The position numbers and the translations under genes are program-made. A stretch of DNA of 64,000 bases from Eledone cirrhosa (Eukaryota): contig OZ024742.1 of assembly GCA_964016885.1 (NCBI GenBank), positions 80,166,001 through 80,230,000 on the forward strand. Reading direction: 5' to 3'. Every line of letters begins with the position of its first letter. Position 1 is the first letter of the stretch. Below are positions 39,431 through 53,039 of this stretch, one piece after another. The notes under the pieces were generated by a model. That model was not told the origin of the DNA and ran no database searches. It saw nothing but the letters and a program-made list of their open reading frames with translations.

Positions 39431-39964
39431 AAATATATAATAATAAGGAAAGCATGACGGAGGAGGAGTATAAGAAGGAAGGATGAGAGAGGTGGAGAAA
39501 ATGAGAAAGATAACCTTTAATACTGAGAAACACTGTCTCACAGAGAGAAATTAAAAAAGACCGTTGTAAAATAATACATAATTTTAAAAAAATTAAGAAA
39601 TTAAAAGATAATGAGCTTCATGAATGGTGGTGCTTATGATTAAAGAAAAAGGAATTAAGAATACTATTTATTTAAGTTTTATATATTGAAGGGTTTAATA
39701 ATATGTGTTAAAAGGAATTTATTAAAATGTTATAATAAAATAAAATATATTAAGAAGATAAGGTGAATGAAGATAAGGTTAAATGAATTATGAACTTAGA
39801 GGAATTAATTAGGGTCCAAGTTTGTTTCTATACATTGTTTTAGGAAAAAGTAAATAATAGGTATAATACGAGCACGGAAGGAGAGAAGAAAGAAGAAATT
39901 CAAGGAAGAAAAAATATATAACGTCAAAAATATATATGTATATATATGTATATATATATATATA

Positions 39965-40047
<83 letters not shown>

Positions 40048-40246
40048 TCTAGGGCGGGTAAAATTTATATATATATATAGTAATAATAATGAATTTAATA
40101 ATAAAGAGGGCTCGATAAGGATAAATATATATCAAATATATAAGAACCGTAGATCAAATATTTATTAAAATAACAGATTAATGTTTAAGCAAAGAATCGC
40201 TGCTTTCACCCTTGCCGGGATCTTCTGAAACTAAAAAAATCAATCT

Positions 40247-40280
<34 letters not shown>

Positions 40281-40529
40281 AGATTATATACTGGCATTTT
40301 AATGATATAACTATTGGTAAGATGCGTGAAGCTCAATACGTTATTAGCGTCGACATCATGTAGGAATCTAAGACGAAAGTATACTACAAAGGCTTATGAT
40401 ACTTGTAGTTGAAGACTGAAAGCCGTAGAGCATGAATAATTAATATAAAATGACATTTGAATAACAGGATAGTTGTAAAGCCAGGTATTCCCATAAACCC
40501 CATCATTAGTAGGACAAATCCTTCTGAAG

Positions 40530-40722
40530 AGTCAGGTCACTCTTGAGTGCTACTGGTAATATGTAAACCAGTACAACCTATCGTATGGTCGGTTCATACG
40601 CGACTAAACTGAAAACCCCACCAAGTTTATTGGTGAGGAGGGTGATTATGGACACCCTGCAGGACAAAAAACAAAACCTGACAAAGGCCGGAGGACTGAT
40701 AGAGTCAACGGCCATCCAAAAA
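40530..40722 (+). repeat. Dispersed ~190-bp repeat; inverted relative at ~50492-50672
   Basis: GTGCTACTGGTAA..CCAGTACAACC..GCGACTAAACTG..ACCCCACCAA..TGGTGAGGAGGG..CCTGCAGGAC..GGCCATCCAAAA shared by both copies. Confidence 0.75.
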
Positions 40723-40775
40723 TGTGTAAATATGTATATAAGCATATAAATATGTATGTATATACGTATATATAT

Positions 40776-43700
40776 GCCTGGAGTGTCAGGGAGGGGCATG
40801 TACCTCTGTAGGTGGGGTGGTCCTGGGGGCTGGCCATGCCCTTTTCAGGACAACTCGTCCTGCATTGGGTCCCACCTGGCACTCAGCTCTCACCTGTGGC
40901 CCCAAGAAGCTGTAGCATGCGACAGCGGCCACACCCTGGTAAACCACCTTGGCTGGCGGGCCGAAACAGTTTGAGGGTAGCCGGACAGATCTGATACCCC
41001 ACGGTTAGTTAGATAGGAGATGCCTGCCCCAGCATGCCAAGACTGGATCCACCGCAGTGAGTGGAGGAGGACAACATCGTCCCAACGGTCACGAAGGCGG
41101 CGACAGCAATCGGGGTGTGGAACGCTACGGCACGGCAAGGCACTACAGACGTTGTGGCCATCCACTGCAGCCAAGGAAGTCCCTGGTCGCGACGGTCTCC
41201 CGACCACCGGATTCTGGCTTCTGCGGCCGAGTGAGTGGGACCGACACTGTGCACTGGCCCTCCCACTATAAACCTTTACCTTACATGTTTCTTCTGTAGC
41301 GTGCACTCCCAAAGCCCTGCGGCGAGGGGCGAGAGGTGGAGGTAATAGGTGGAGGTAACCTCTGGGAGGTCTTAAACCTACACATGGGCGGCCTGGATGC
41401 GCAAGTCGTTCTCTACCTGACCCTGGGATGACAGAGGAGATCAGGCGTTCCACCGAGTGACTGAGCAGCCCTTTTCAGGGGTGCATTGCACACTCTGGCA
41501 CGAGAGGAGGGGCGATAAAAGGAGCCCTAACCAAATGCTCGTCCCACACAAAGCCAACCAGTCTACCGCGAGTGGCGGTTTTACCCTTCGAAGCGGTCGA
41601 AAGCAAAATAATAGAAAGAAGAACTTGATTTTTGTCGCATGGAGTCTGCGCACCCCCATGGATAGGGAAACATCCTTGAGGCCAGAGAGAAGACCTGCCC
41701 TCATAGCGAGGGATTAGCTCGCTACCGGATCGACATAGCCGCCCTCCGTGAGACTAGACTCGCCGAAAAGCATCAGTAGCAGAACCGAAAGGAAGCTACA
41801 CCTTCTTCTGGAAGGGCAATGCAAAGGACGAGAACAGAATCCACGGGGTAGGCCTGGCCATCAGGACTTCGCCCTGCAAGCAGCTAACAGACCTCTCAAC
41901 ACCCCTGAGTGAGCGGCTGATGAAGCTCCGCTTCCACCTCGACCCATTTCGGCACGTCACAGTCATCAGGGCTACGCCCCCACTCTCACCAGCAGCGACA
42001 AAGCAAAGGACGTTTTCTACGGGGACTCAACGCAATCCTCAAGGGCGTCCCCCCAAGTGATAAACTCATACCTACTGGGGGATTCAACGCAAGAGTCGGG
42101 TCTGACAGCAGCAGCTGGAGAGGCGTTCTGGGACCTCATGGCACAGGGAAGCTGAACTCTAACGTCCTCATACAGTTGAGTTTCTGCAACGACAAAGACC
42201 TCACCATCACCTGCACACTCTTCCGCCATGCAGACAAGTTCAAGACGACATGGATGCACCCCAGATCCAAACAGTGGTATCTGATTGACTTTGCCATATG
42301 CTGCAAGAGGGACATCCGTGAAGTCAGAATCACCAGGGCGATGTGTGGTGCAGAGTGTTGGACCGACCATTGCCTTATCAGGACCATCCTGTCACTGCAC
42401 ATCACCCCGACGCATCGCAAGACACCGAAAGTCTGTAGGCCAGCTTTCGACGTCGCACGACTCAAGCAGTCAGAGCAGCGTGATGCGTTCGCAGAACACC
42501 TGGACAGCCGGCTGACTGCCCATGGACCACTGACCGGACCCCCACTCAACAGTGGGACCAGTTCAGGACGCTGGTGACAGAGTCAGCCAAGGCAACCATC
42601 TGGCCGAGGAAGAGGGTCCACCAGGACTGCAGGACTGGTTTAATGAGAACGATGAGCGCATCAGGCAACTCATGGACGAGAAGAGGAAGGCTTTCATTGA
42701 GTTGCAGAATGACAGCTCTTCCACCTCAAAGCGCGACCGCTTCAAGCACCTCCAGAGGCAGACCCAAGCAGCGCTATGCACGTGGTGGAAAAGGAAGGCC
42801 GAAGAAGTCTAGAGATACGCTGACACAAAGAACTCCAAGATGTTCTTCAGCGCCATCTGGGACGTCTACGGACCCTCCAAGCCTCTCACCGCACCGCTGC
42901 TGGCTGCTGACGGCTCGATCCTGTTAAAGGAGAAGAGCAGCATCAACTCGAGATGGAGAGAGCACTTCAGCAACCTGCTCAACATGCCCTCCAATGTTGA
43001 CTCAGCCGCCCTTGACCAAGTCCCACAGAAGCCAGTAGTCGGTGGCCTCGACCAAAACGTTGGATGAAGTCACGAAGGCAATCAACCAGACCAGCTCAGG
43101 AAAGCCCCCTGGGAAGGACGGGATTCCTGCCGAGATCTTCAAACCGGCCGGTCCAGCTGCCCTGGGGGCCTTCCCCACCCTCACGTCAGCATATGTGAGA
43201 AATAAGAGGTGCCCAAAGACTTCAGGGATGCCACAGTTGTCTCGCTTTTTAAGAATAAAGGCAGCAAAACTGACCGGCAACTATCGGGGCATTTCTCTCC
43301 TGTCCATCGCTAGGAAAGTCCTGGCTCAGGTCATGCTCAACCACCTCATCGCCAACATCTCGGAGGACAACCCTCCTGAGGCCCAGTGTGGGTTCCGCCC
43401 AAACCGCAGCACCATCAACATTATCTTCTCTGTACGCCAGGTGCAGGAGAAATGTGTCGAGCAGAACATGGACCTCTTTGCCGTCTTCATGAGTTGACGA
43501 AGGCCTTTGACACTATCAACAGGGAGGCCCTCTGTTCGATCCTGTCGAAGTTTGGATGCCCGATTAAGTTTGTGAACCTGATACGGCAATTCCATGACGA
43601 CATGACCGTGCAGGTGCGCTCGGGCGGAGAGGCATCGGAGCCTTTCGGAATCACCAACGGCGTCAAGCAAGGGTGCGTGCTGGCTCCCGTCCTCTTCAAC

Positions 43701-44842
43701 CTGTATTTCTCCTGCGTGCTCAATCATTCCATCAGGGAACTCGAGAACGGAGTGTATCTGCGATACAGATGGACGGCTCCGTGTTTGACCTGCGCCGCCT
43801 GACAGCCAAGACAAGGACTGTGCAGAGGATCGTCATGGAAGCACTTTTTGCTGACGACTGTGCCCTCGTGGCCCACAGGGAGTCTGACCTCCAAGTCATC
43901 ATCAACAACTTCGCAGAGGCCTCCTGCCTCTTCGGTCTCACAATTAGCCTTGGCAATACTGAGGTCCTGTTCCAGCCTGCACTTGCCTCCGTCACCCACC
44001 CTCCTTCCATCTCCATCGGACGCAACCAGCTAAACACGGTGGACGACTTCAAGTACCTCGGCAGTGTCATCAGCAGCGACGGAAGCCTCAACAAGGAGAT
44101 AAATGCCAGGATCTGCAAGGCCAGTCAAGCCCTTGGCCCCCTGACGACACGCGTCCTGAACCAGCACAACATTAAGCAGTCCACCACGCTCAAGTTGTAC
44201 AGGGTCGTTTTTCTCCCCAGCCTCCTATACGGATGTGAGACATGGACCCTGTATAGAAGGCACCTGAAGCAGCTGGAACGGTTCCACATGCGCAGTCTGC
44301 GGTCAATCATGAACATCAAATGGCAGGACAAGGTCTCCAACCTCGAAGGTCTTGACATGGCTGAAACAACCTGTGTCGAAGCTATGATACTGAAGAGTCG
44401 ACTTCGGTGGGTGGGACATGTCATCCGGATGGACGATCACAGACTTCCGAAGCAACTGATGTATGGGGAACTCTGTTCGGGGAAACGAAAGCGGGGCTGG
44501 CCTCTCAAGAGGTTCAAAGACTAGTAAAATCCATTATCAACAACACTTGAATCGCCCTAAATAAACTCGAGTCCCATGCTCAGGACAGCACTGAGTGGCG
44601 AGCCCTTACTAGCCACGCCAAGGACTCTTTTGAAGAGAAGAGACGGGCAGAAGTCACTGAGGCCCGTGAAAATAGGAGAAAGGCATCAACAGCTGCCCCA
44701 AGCGACTCTGGTCTCTTCTCCTTCCCCCACTGTCCCCGGACCTGCAAGTCAAGGATCGGCCTTCACAGCCACCTTCGTGCCCACGGCAGACGGGAACTAA
44801 AATAAAGAAGATGTCATCATTGTTCACGATGGACAACCAAGA
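40776..44842 (+). mobile_element. Near full-length decayed RTE-clade LINE (APE + RT + C-terminal C2H2-like finger)
   Basis: AWSLRT, ETRL, YTFFWKG, YAPT, GxFNARVG, TWMHPRSKQWYLIDF, TDH (APE); PGKDGIPAE, NYRGISLL, QCGFR, LTKAFD, GVKQGCVLAP, LFADD, FKYLGS, LLYGCETW (RT). Many frameshifts; ~750-bp GC-rich 5' UTR. Confidence 0.93.
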
Positions 44843-44869
44843 TCCTCCTGAAAAAATAAGTCCTGCACT

Positions 44870-45300
44870 GATAATGTTTAGTCTGCAAATTAAGCCCACA
44901 AATTAACTGCAATACTAGGAATCTACTATATAGCATAGTATGGATGGAGTGACAGTGTGAGAATAGGTAGATAGCTTCCATAGGTGAGACAGCTCATATC
45001 ATAGAAGATAGGATACATTAAATCTGGCGAGAACTCCAAGATGGGAAGAAAATATCCGTATTCCACCAACATGCTAAAATGGAACATGGTTCACACTAGA
45101 GAACATAGACATGAAGTGCATATCCACACGCAGAAAAGACGCAATGCTACGACGGATTACGGAAGCGACAAACATAAACGAAATCCAACAAAAATTAGAC
45201 AGAAACCCCGAGTGAAATAAGAACAACATCACAATTAGTAATTAAGGACAATATAAAGATATACACAAAATAACGAAACTAATAAAATAAACCAAACACG
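44870..45300 (+). mobile_element. Highly decayed GIY-YIG endonuclease fragment of a PLE
   Basis: NLLYSI.., IGET, FHQH..MEH, DAMLRRITEATNI across frames. Confidence 0.55.
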
Positions 45301-45976
45301 CACAGATAGAACAAGCAACCAATTAGTGAAAAGTAAATAAAACCCACACATACAAACCCGGGTATTATGCATATGTAATCCAGAAATATTTATTGAGTGG
45401 TATATGAGGAATGCTTTTCACTACAAATGCAGTATTTGCTAAGAATACCACAGTCCGTGCAAAGCCCGGCAGCAAATGTTCGTATGAATAAATAAGCAAC
45501 TGTGAGTTATTTTGCAACAGATCCTGCATCTTCGCACACATATCACAATTCAGTCTAGTTTGATATCTGTAAAAACGAGATTTCTCATGATGCTGAATTT
45601 ACGTATTTGCTGCCACCATTATTAAACTATCAACATATGGCGATTTTATTCAATAACATGGTTCACAAGGTGGCGATATATACATATTACACATAATATA
45701 TTTGTATATATGTAATTTGCTGCCAGTAAAGGCGAGCTTTATTGTTATTATAAAGTAATGTACAAATTGACACAGAGTGACATATGACCAAAATTGAATA
45801 AGTCTGACTTTAACATTCAGCATCAGATTTAAATTGTATATAATCTCATTCTCCTTTTCTCTAATTAAATCTCTCTCTCCCCCCTCTCTCCCTCCTCTCT
45901 CTCTGTCTATATATATATATAAATATAAGGAAAGGATATTGAAAATGCAATTGTGGTATTTTTAAGAATATTGATT

Positions 45977-46016
45977 TACTTTACCGGTTTCATAGTTCTT
46001 GTGCTTTTCAAAAGTA
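45977..46016 (-). ncRNA. U3-A8 HHR copy with decayed stem II
   Basis: TACTT TTGAAAA GCAC-AAGAA-CTAT GAA A-CCGG-T A AAGTA; flanks homologous to 22320-22440. Confidence 0.6.
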
Positions 46017-46454
46017 GAATTGAGGTGGAGGGTTTGTGATTTATCACGCATCTAGTTCGTATTCGAAAGTTCGTTCTGCTTTATGTGGAAAAAGTAGCTC
46101 GAATTGCTGGGGTTATTTTAAAAAAACATAATTTGGTTGGTTATTTAAAGAAAAATAATTTGGTCACGTGAATAAGTACAATAAATTTCGCGCCAGTTGG
46201 CATTACAAACTTCTTATGGTATTTGCCTTAAACAATGTGGCTCAAATTGTTGTTTCTTTACAAGGGAGATTTGGTTGGTTGATGAGTGTCACGTGAATAA
46301 GTACATAAAATTTCGCGCCAATTGGTGTTTGAGAGTTCTTTATTTCCATTTTCACAGTCGCATGATTGGCCATATAAATGGCTTTAGTAGTATGTTTATA
46401 AAGTTGCTCAGTCTACTTATATATAAAGAGATACAAGTGTTACTACATAACACA

Positions 46455-46938
46455 TTGCATCGACGATTGTTCCTCCTTGCCTCTGCTGGACACCACCAGG
46501 TGGCTATAACTGCCGCTGTTTTGCATAGCTACATCTTTTTAAATGTTTATTTATAAATATACCGTATTTCTTTAGAAATACGAAATTCCAATACATATCT
46601 GTATACAGTTATGCTCGAAGCTAAATCCTAATTCTATTCTATTGTACGTTGAGCCAACGTATACAGCTTCATATGCAAATGAGATTAATCACCTTATTTA
46701 CACAGACGAGGAGACTATATATTCTCACCTGTTTTCAAAATATAGCAGTTGCAATAGCAAGAAGGATCGTCCTGATGAGTACCAGTTCATTTCGAAATAC
46801 ATCGACAAATCGACCCCCTTGCTTCTGCTGGACACCGTCAGGTGGCAATATCTGCCGTTGTTTTTGCATAGCTACGGCTTTCTAAATGTTAATTAATAAA
46901 CATACCGTATTTCTTTAGAAATACGACATTCCAATACA
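46455..46938. repeat. Local ~140-bp direct duplication (46455-46594 / 46797-46938)
   Basis: CATCGAC...TCTGCTGGACACC..CAGGTGGC...TACCGTATTTCTTTAGAAATACGA.ATTCCAATACA occurs twice. Confidence 0.8.
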
Positions 46939-46952
46939 TATATAATTATTTC

Positions 46953-47095
46953 AGATTGGCCGAGTCGGTAGAGAGTCGGTCACGAGTTCCTTTATGCTTA
47001 GAGTTCACATCTCTCTGAGATAAGCTTTGATTTTCTTCCTTAAGGGGTCGTTAAAATAAAGTACTAGTAACACCTTGGGGTAGAATGTAGAAACA
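46953..47095 (+). mobile_element. Diverged tRNA-derived SINE
   Basis: TTGGCCGAGTCGGTAGAG (A box), GAGTTCACATCTC (B box), GGGGTCGTTAAAATAAAGTAC. Confidence 0.75.
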
Positions 47096-48019
47096 ATTAT
47101 GCATATATGTAACGGAATTAGTATTAGAATACCTGCCTACCTACATATATATGTACTCATATACGTACACACACACACATATACACACACACATTCACAC
47201 ACACACAGTCACACACGTATATATATATATGTTTATGCGAGTGAGTTCATAAAAAGTAACGAGTCATCTTTATAAAATGTTTTTTTCACACTCAAACACA
47301 CACACATCCACACATTGACACGCGCACATCTATGTATGCAAGTATATATTTATATATTCTATTTCTGATTGAATCGAATGTGTGCATATATATACGTGTT
47401 ATTGTATAACACTTGTAATAGTGTGTATCAATATGATTCATTTGTGTATTTAAACAGAAAACTCTTCATTTTACATTTAGTATGAGATATAAGATTCGTC
47501 ATATACATACGTCGACAGTATATTTTGCATAGAAAATATGTTCCATTCATTTTTAACTTCATGAAAAAGTTTAACCATTGTGACAAATAAAGAATAGGAT
47601 GACATTAATGGATGTTTCATGTATAAAATATATTTCAAACGAAGGAGTTTCCCTATTCATCTTTCAGAATTGAATATATAGTCCTGCAGGCTTACATACA
47701 ACTATGCATACACAACAGCATAATTATATGCTTATATACAAATCTCTATACATATATACATGGTTATATACATACGTAGGAATACATGTGAGTACGTGTG
47801 TACATAGATATATATACATATATAATTGCATGTGTTTACTGGTGTATGTGTATGAAACAACGGATAAATAACACAACAGTCACAAGACATACCATATGCG
47901 TGCATATTAAAAAATACATATATACTTTAACATCTCGTCTATAATTCACTCCCTATATATATAGAGAGAAACTTTTGGCGTCATTGGTCCTAGGACCACC
48001 TTCCCAATCACCATCATCG

Positions 48020-48086
48020 GAATGGAGTGGGCTACTCGCAGGTGTGAGCCTCGAGAGCTGGGATGGTTCTTCCAGGGCATCTCCCT
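48020..48086 (+). mobile_element. Short CRE-like RLE fragment homologous to 15185-15250
   Basis: EWATRRCEPRELGWFFQGISL versus ELASRRCEPRELEWLFQRVSL. Confidence 0.65.
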
Positions 48087-48543
48087 CACCATCCTTCGGT
48101 AGTAAGAGATGAGAGCGGGAGAGAGGGAGGCAGTGACAGTTGGATTATGGTTCCATTGTTGTTCGGTACTGTTGTATATGTATATATTTATTTATCACAC
48201 CAGGATTTTAAATATATATGCATATGTGCTGCGAATATATTTGTGTATATATCTACATACATGGTGAAAGTGTTTGCCTTATCTGCTATAGCGTCAGGTG
48301 GATCAATGCCGAGAGAGTTAAATTTAGCAGCTGTAAACAACACAAAGACTCATTCCTGAAGCATTAACTTTCGAAATGAACTAGCAAACCCGTGCCTCTA
48401 AACACAAACACACGCTTAGACACACACATATTAGTGCGCAGAAATAGACAGATACACACATCTGAATATATATATATTTAGCTAGCCGTTTGAATTACTT
48501 CAGGATCATTTTTAGTTAGAAATATATTTAGACATTATTGTTC

Positions 48544-48845
48544 AATAATGGTTTCTACTTTGGGCCCAAGGCCAGCAGTTATCCCAGTGTATTACTGGTG
48601 CTTTATTTTATCGACCCCGTAAGGATGAAAGGCAAAGTTATCCTCGGCGTGATTTGAACTCAAACCACGAAGGGCCGTAACTCTTTGCTGCAAAGAATGG
48701 CGTCCGCCCTCTACCGATACTGTTTAATAATTGTTTCTACTTTTGGCACAAGGCCAGCAATTACCCAGTGCATTACTGGTACTTTATTTTACCGACCCCG
48801 TAAGGATGAAAGGCAAAGTTAGCCTCGGCGGGATTTGAATTCAAC
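48544..48845 (-). mobile_element. Two tandem SINE copies
   Basis: 48544-48721 and 48725-48845 match the 25910 SINE. Confidence 0.9.
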
Positions 48846-49289
48846 TGTTTAATAATGTACATAGGTATGCAAAGGAGATCAACGTCCTTAGCATTGAGTC
48901 CTTAACTAGGATTTGAAGTGTTGTCAACTGCTTCCCAGGATCAAGCTGATGCATTAAAACCGTCATTTTAAAATAATACTGAACACATAACAAGCATCGT
49001 CAAAACCACATATCAGCCTGTGCAAGCCCTCCTCAGGGGGATCTATTAGATTACATTTATTTGCATATGAAGGTCACAGATCAAAGATATGAAAACTTTA
49101 GAGTTGAAACTCAATGTAGTCAAATTGAACACATTGCATCGTTAAAGGCTCCCTCTGTTAATATTGTGAATGCATTTGACAACATCACCGTACAATAGAT
49201 GGCGAAGAGTGTTGATGCTTCAAGGTCAGCCTGCCTCACTCCATTTTCCATTTATTTCTATATCTATATCTATCTATCTATATCTATTT

Positions 49290-49600
49290 CTATCAACCTA
49301 GACGAGCCCATCGTGAGGATCACCACGCCGCCTTCATTTAAGAATGAAGGAGAGGTGGTTTTCCTCTGTCTGGTGGCTATGGCGAAAGAGGTAATATGGT
49401 GGACGAGGTTAAATGGACTGAGGGCAAACACCTTTAATTCTGGACAACAACTCATCCGCTTCTTTAAGAACCACTTCAGAAGGAAGCTGTGAGTGAAGAG
49501 AGAGGTGCTACACCCCAGTAAATTCGCTGAAAGCTGGGTGAATGGGGCGAAAATGGCCCGAGTGAATGTGATTTTTCTGTATATAAACCTGTATGTTGAG
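49290..49600 (-). mobile_element. N-terminal fragment of a Neptune-like PLE ORF
   Basis: RFIYRKITF...PELKVF...NL....P...EGGVVIL resembles the pre-RT region ending in DKGG.VV. Confidence 0.45.
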
Positions 49601-49809
49601 GAAGACAAATGGATAGAAGACAGGAACACCTACAATATGAATTCCTGGTGTTGAGGGTTGTAAAACAACCCCGCAGTAACGTTCCCCCTATTGGGGATTT
49701 CAATTGTTTTATTCTGTATATACATTTGTTAAAGATTGTATGTAAAACCCCGCCGTCACGTCTTGTAATGTCCCATTTTTGTACCACCCTGAGGCAAATA
49801 AATAAATAA

Positions 49810-49918
<109 letters not shown>

Positions 49919-50162
49919 TATATATATATACATATAAATTTATAACGAAGGAAGTGTGGTAAATAACCGGTTGTACCATAACGCACCAGGGTACTCGATA
50001 CTAACGGTAGTAGAGTGGGTAATAGGAAAAGAGTCAGCTCCGGCTGTTTCGACAGCTCGATCTGAACTAACCCAGTAGTTAGTTCAGATCTAGCTGTCGA
50101 GACGGCCGGAGCTCAGTCCTCGGGTTCATGAATATTTTCTTATATATATATATATATATATA

Positions 50163-50480
50163 TGGCGGCTGCCAACTCGTTTTCGAGTACGGCCACTACT
50201 GTATATCCTTGTAGGAGAACCCCTACCGATGCGCTGAAGAAGTGTGAATTTTAGTATAGCCAGCGACTTGAAAACTCTGGTGCAAACACTACACTTGTGC
50301 CGTGAAGTTTTTATAGTGAGCAAAGGCACTGCACAAAGCCAGTCCCAATCTCTTAACAAAGATAATATTTACCAAAAAGAAGAACAAGTCAACATCATTG
50401 GATACCATCAGGGTTGCAGGTGTTATATCAGAGTTTTCCTTCTCCTAGAATTCTGCCTTGACAAAGGCTAAGGGGTCATC
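50163..50480 (-). mobile_element. RTE-like 3' end fragment (C2H2 relic + terminal hairpin)
   Basis: HKCSVCTRVFKSLA; 3' motif GGCCRTACTCGAAAACGAG..GGCA.CC shared with 55486-55520. Confidence 0.6.
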
Positions 50481-50699
50481 TCTCCCGGTGATTTTGGATG
50501 GCCATTGACTCTTAAGAGCTCCTTTGCCCTTTGACAGGTTTTGTTTTTAGTCCTGCAGGATGTCCAAATTGACCCTCCTCACCAAGAAACATTGGTGGGG
50601 TTGCCAGTTTAGTCGCCAACGACCCGAGCATGAGACAGGTTGTACTGGGATACATGTTACCAGTAGCACCAGCTACTAACCAGACATATATATATAAAT

Positions 50700-50831
<132 letters not shown>

Positions 50832-50832
50832 C

Positions 50833-51036
<204 letters not shown>

Positions 51037-51095
51037 CATCGATCGTGCCTCGAGGTGGTCACCTGAGAAATGATTTAATATGTCTAATAAATATG

Positions 51096-51133
<38 letters not shown>

Positions 51134-51425
51134 TATATGTGTATATACATATTTATTAGACATATTAAATCGTTTCTCAGGTGACCGATCGATGTAATGA
51201 GGCACGATCGATGTAATGATAACACCTGACTCTGAAATCGCAAGGTCCTCGATTGTGCCTCGAGCTGGTCACCAGAGACACGATTGTAATATGTCTAATA
51301 AACTTTATTCTTCGCAACACTGATTCTCCGTTTCTTATGTGATATCATACTCTGATCTCTAAGAGCACCGAGTGCACAAGCGGCCTACCGCCTGCGGACG
51401 CTTTAAGCATACCATACCAATTATT

Positions 51426-51496
<71 letters not shown>

Positions 51497-52951
51497 TCAT
51501 CAACATCATCATCTCCGTTTAACCTTCGTTTTCCACGCTAGCATGGGTTAGACGGATAATATATATATATATACACGTTTGCAAAAGAGGAAAATCCTTT
51601 TGTCCTCTATATATAAGCGAGGATATCTCAGATAATGTGTAAATGCATATTGTAATCTTATGCCAGCTTTAATGTAAAATCATCCCACTAGGTTTCTAAA
51701 CGTTCCTTCTGACGAAATACTTGGTTATCTGCCTGTTTTGCTATGTACGTAAGTGAAATTGAGAGACCTATTTTAGAGTCTACTAACGTCACAAAATATT
51801 CTTTATCAATTTATTTTTAACTTAGGTTTGGGTGGGTATTGTTAGTACAGTCAGCCAACATAGTTTCACTTAATCCTTTTTCTGCTATTTCTCTTTTTCA
51901 ATTTTTACTTCTTTGCTGTCCTCATATTTTCTACGCCGATACATTTGCTTCTATGATGACAAGTTAATTTCTTAACATAAATAGACGGCAGTATAAATTC
52001 ATCCCGTCAACTATCAAGCTGTTCCCATTCCCTGAAATTATGTTTTGCGGTAACGCCCAATACTACAGTTTCTTAAATTTGGCTAAATTTAGCATCGACG
52101 TTTTCAAATAGCTGACACATTTATTTTCTGATAAGAGATTTTCTAAACGTCATATTGTAAGTAACTTTCCTGACATTTATTTTATACCTTGTTCAATTAT
52201 TTTCCAACTAGCGTCGAGTTACTTAAGAAGGAAACATGTACAAGGACAAAGGAAATACATTGATAGTCAAAAGCAACAAAACCTAACGACACTTACATGA
52301 ACAGTACTAGAGAATTCAAATGGAAAGCTGATGTATAGCTCAGCTAAAGATGAGGACATCTGAAGAGAGATGAAGCTTTTTAGCGCCAAAACTTTCAGGG
52401 ATCTTCAAAATCTGAAAATGTTCAGTGTCGAGTTTCGGCCACACTTAATGCAGAAATGGAGCGTACAATATCTATTGTCTGCATTTATTATGCAATAATG
52501 CACAATCGGCGTATGTTACTTTATCAGCGGGTCACCATGACCATTCGATCGACATAATTCAATTCCAGTCCATATTGTCTATGGATGTAAATGCGTCAGA
52601 CGACACAGTAGTACATTAGTAACTGAATCCCCATGCTTCATCAACATACCGTCAACTGATTGGTCACTGGTTCAGAAATTTGCGTATGGCTAGGAGTCGA
52701 GATTCTATGATTGGGCCTCTCCATAAGTACTCAACCAACATATCTCAAGTCAAACACAAATTATCAAGTGAGTGAATATATATATATATATATTTATTAA
52801 AATAACAAATTAAAGTTTAAGCACAGAGTCGCTGCTTTCACCCTTAACGGGATCTTTTGAAACTAGTTAGTTTCAGAAGATCCCGTTAATTTGATATACA
52901 TTTATCCTTATCGATCCCTCTTTTGATTTTAGTCTTCAAATTTATTATTAT

Positions 52952-53021
<70 letters not shown>

Positions 53022-53039
53022 TAAAATAGAATTAGAAGC

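Noticed and set aside
45390-45600. piggyBac-like Cys-rich tail
   Set aside because: Motif too weak; no TTAA or terminal inverted repeat support.
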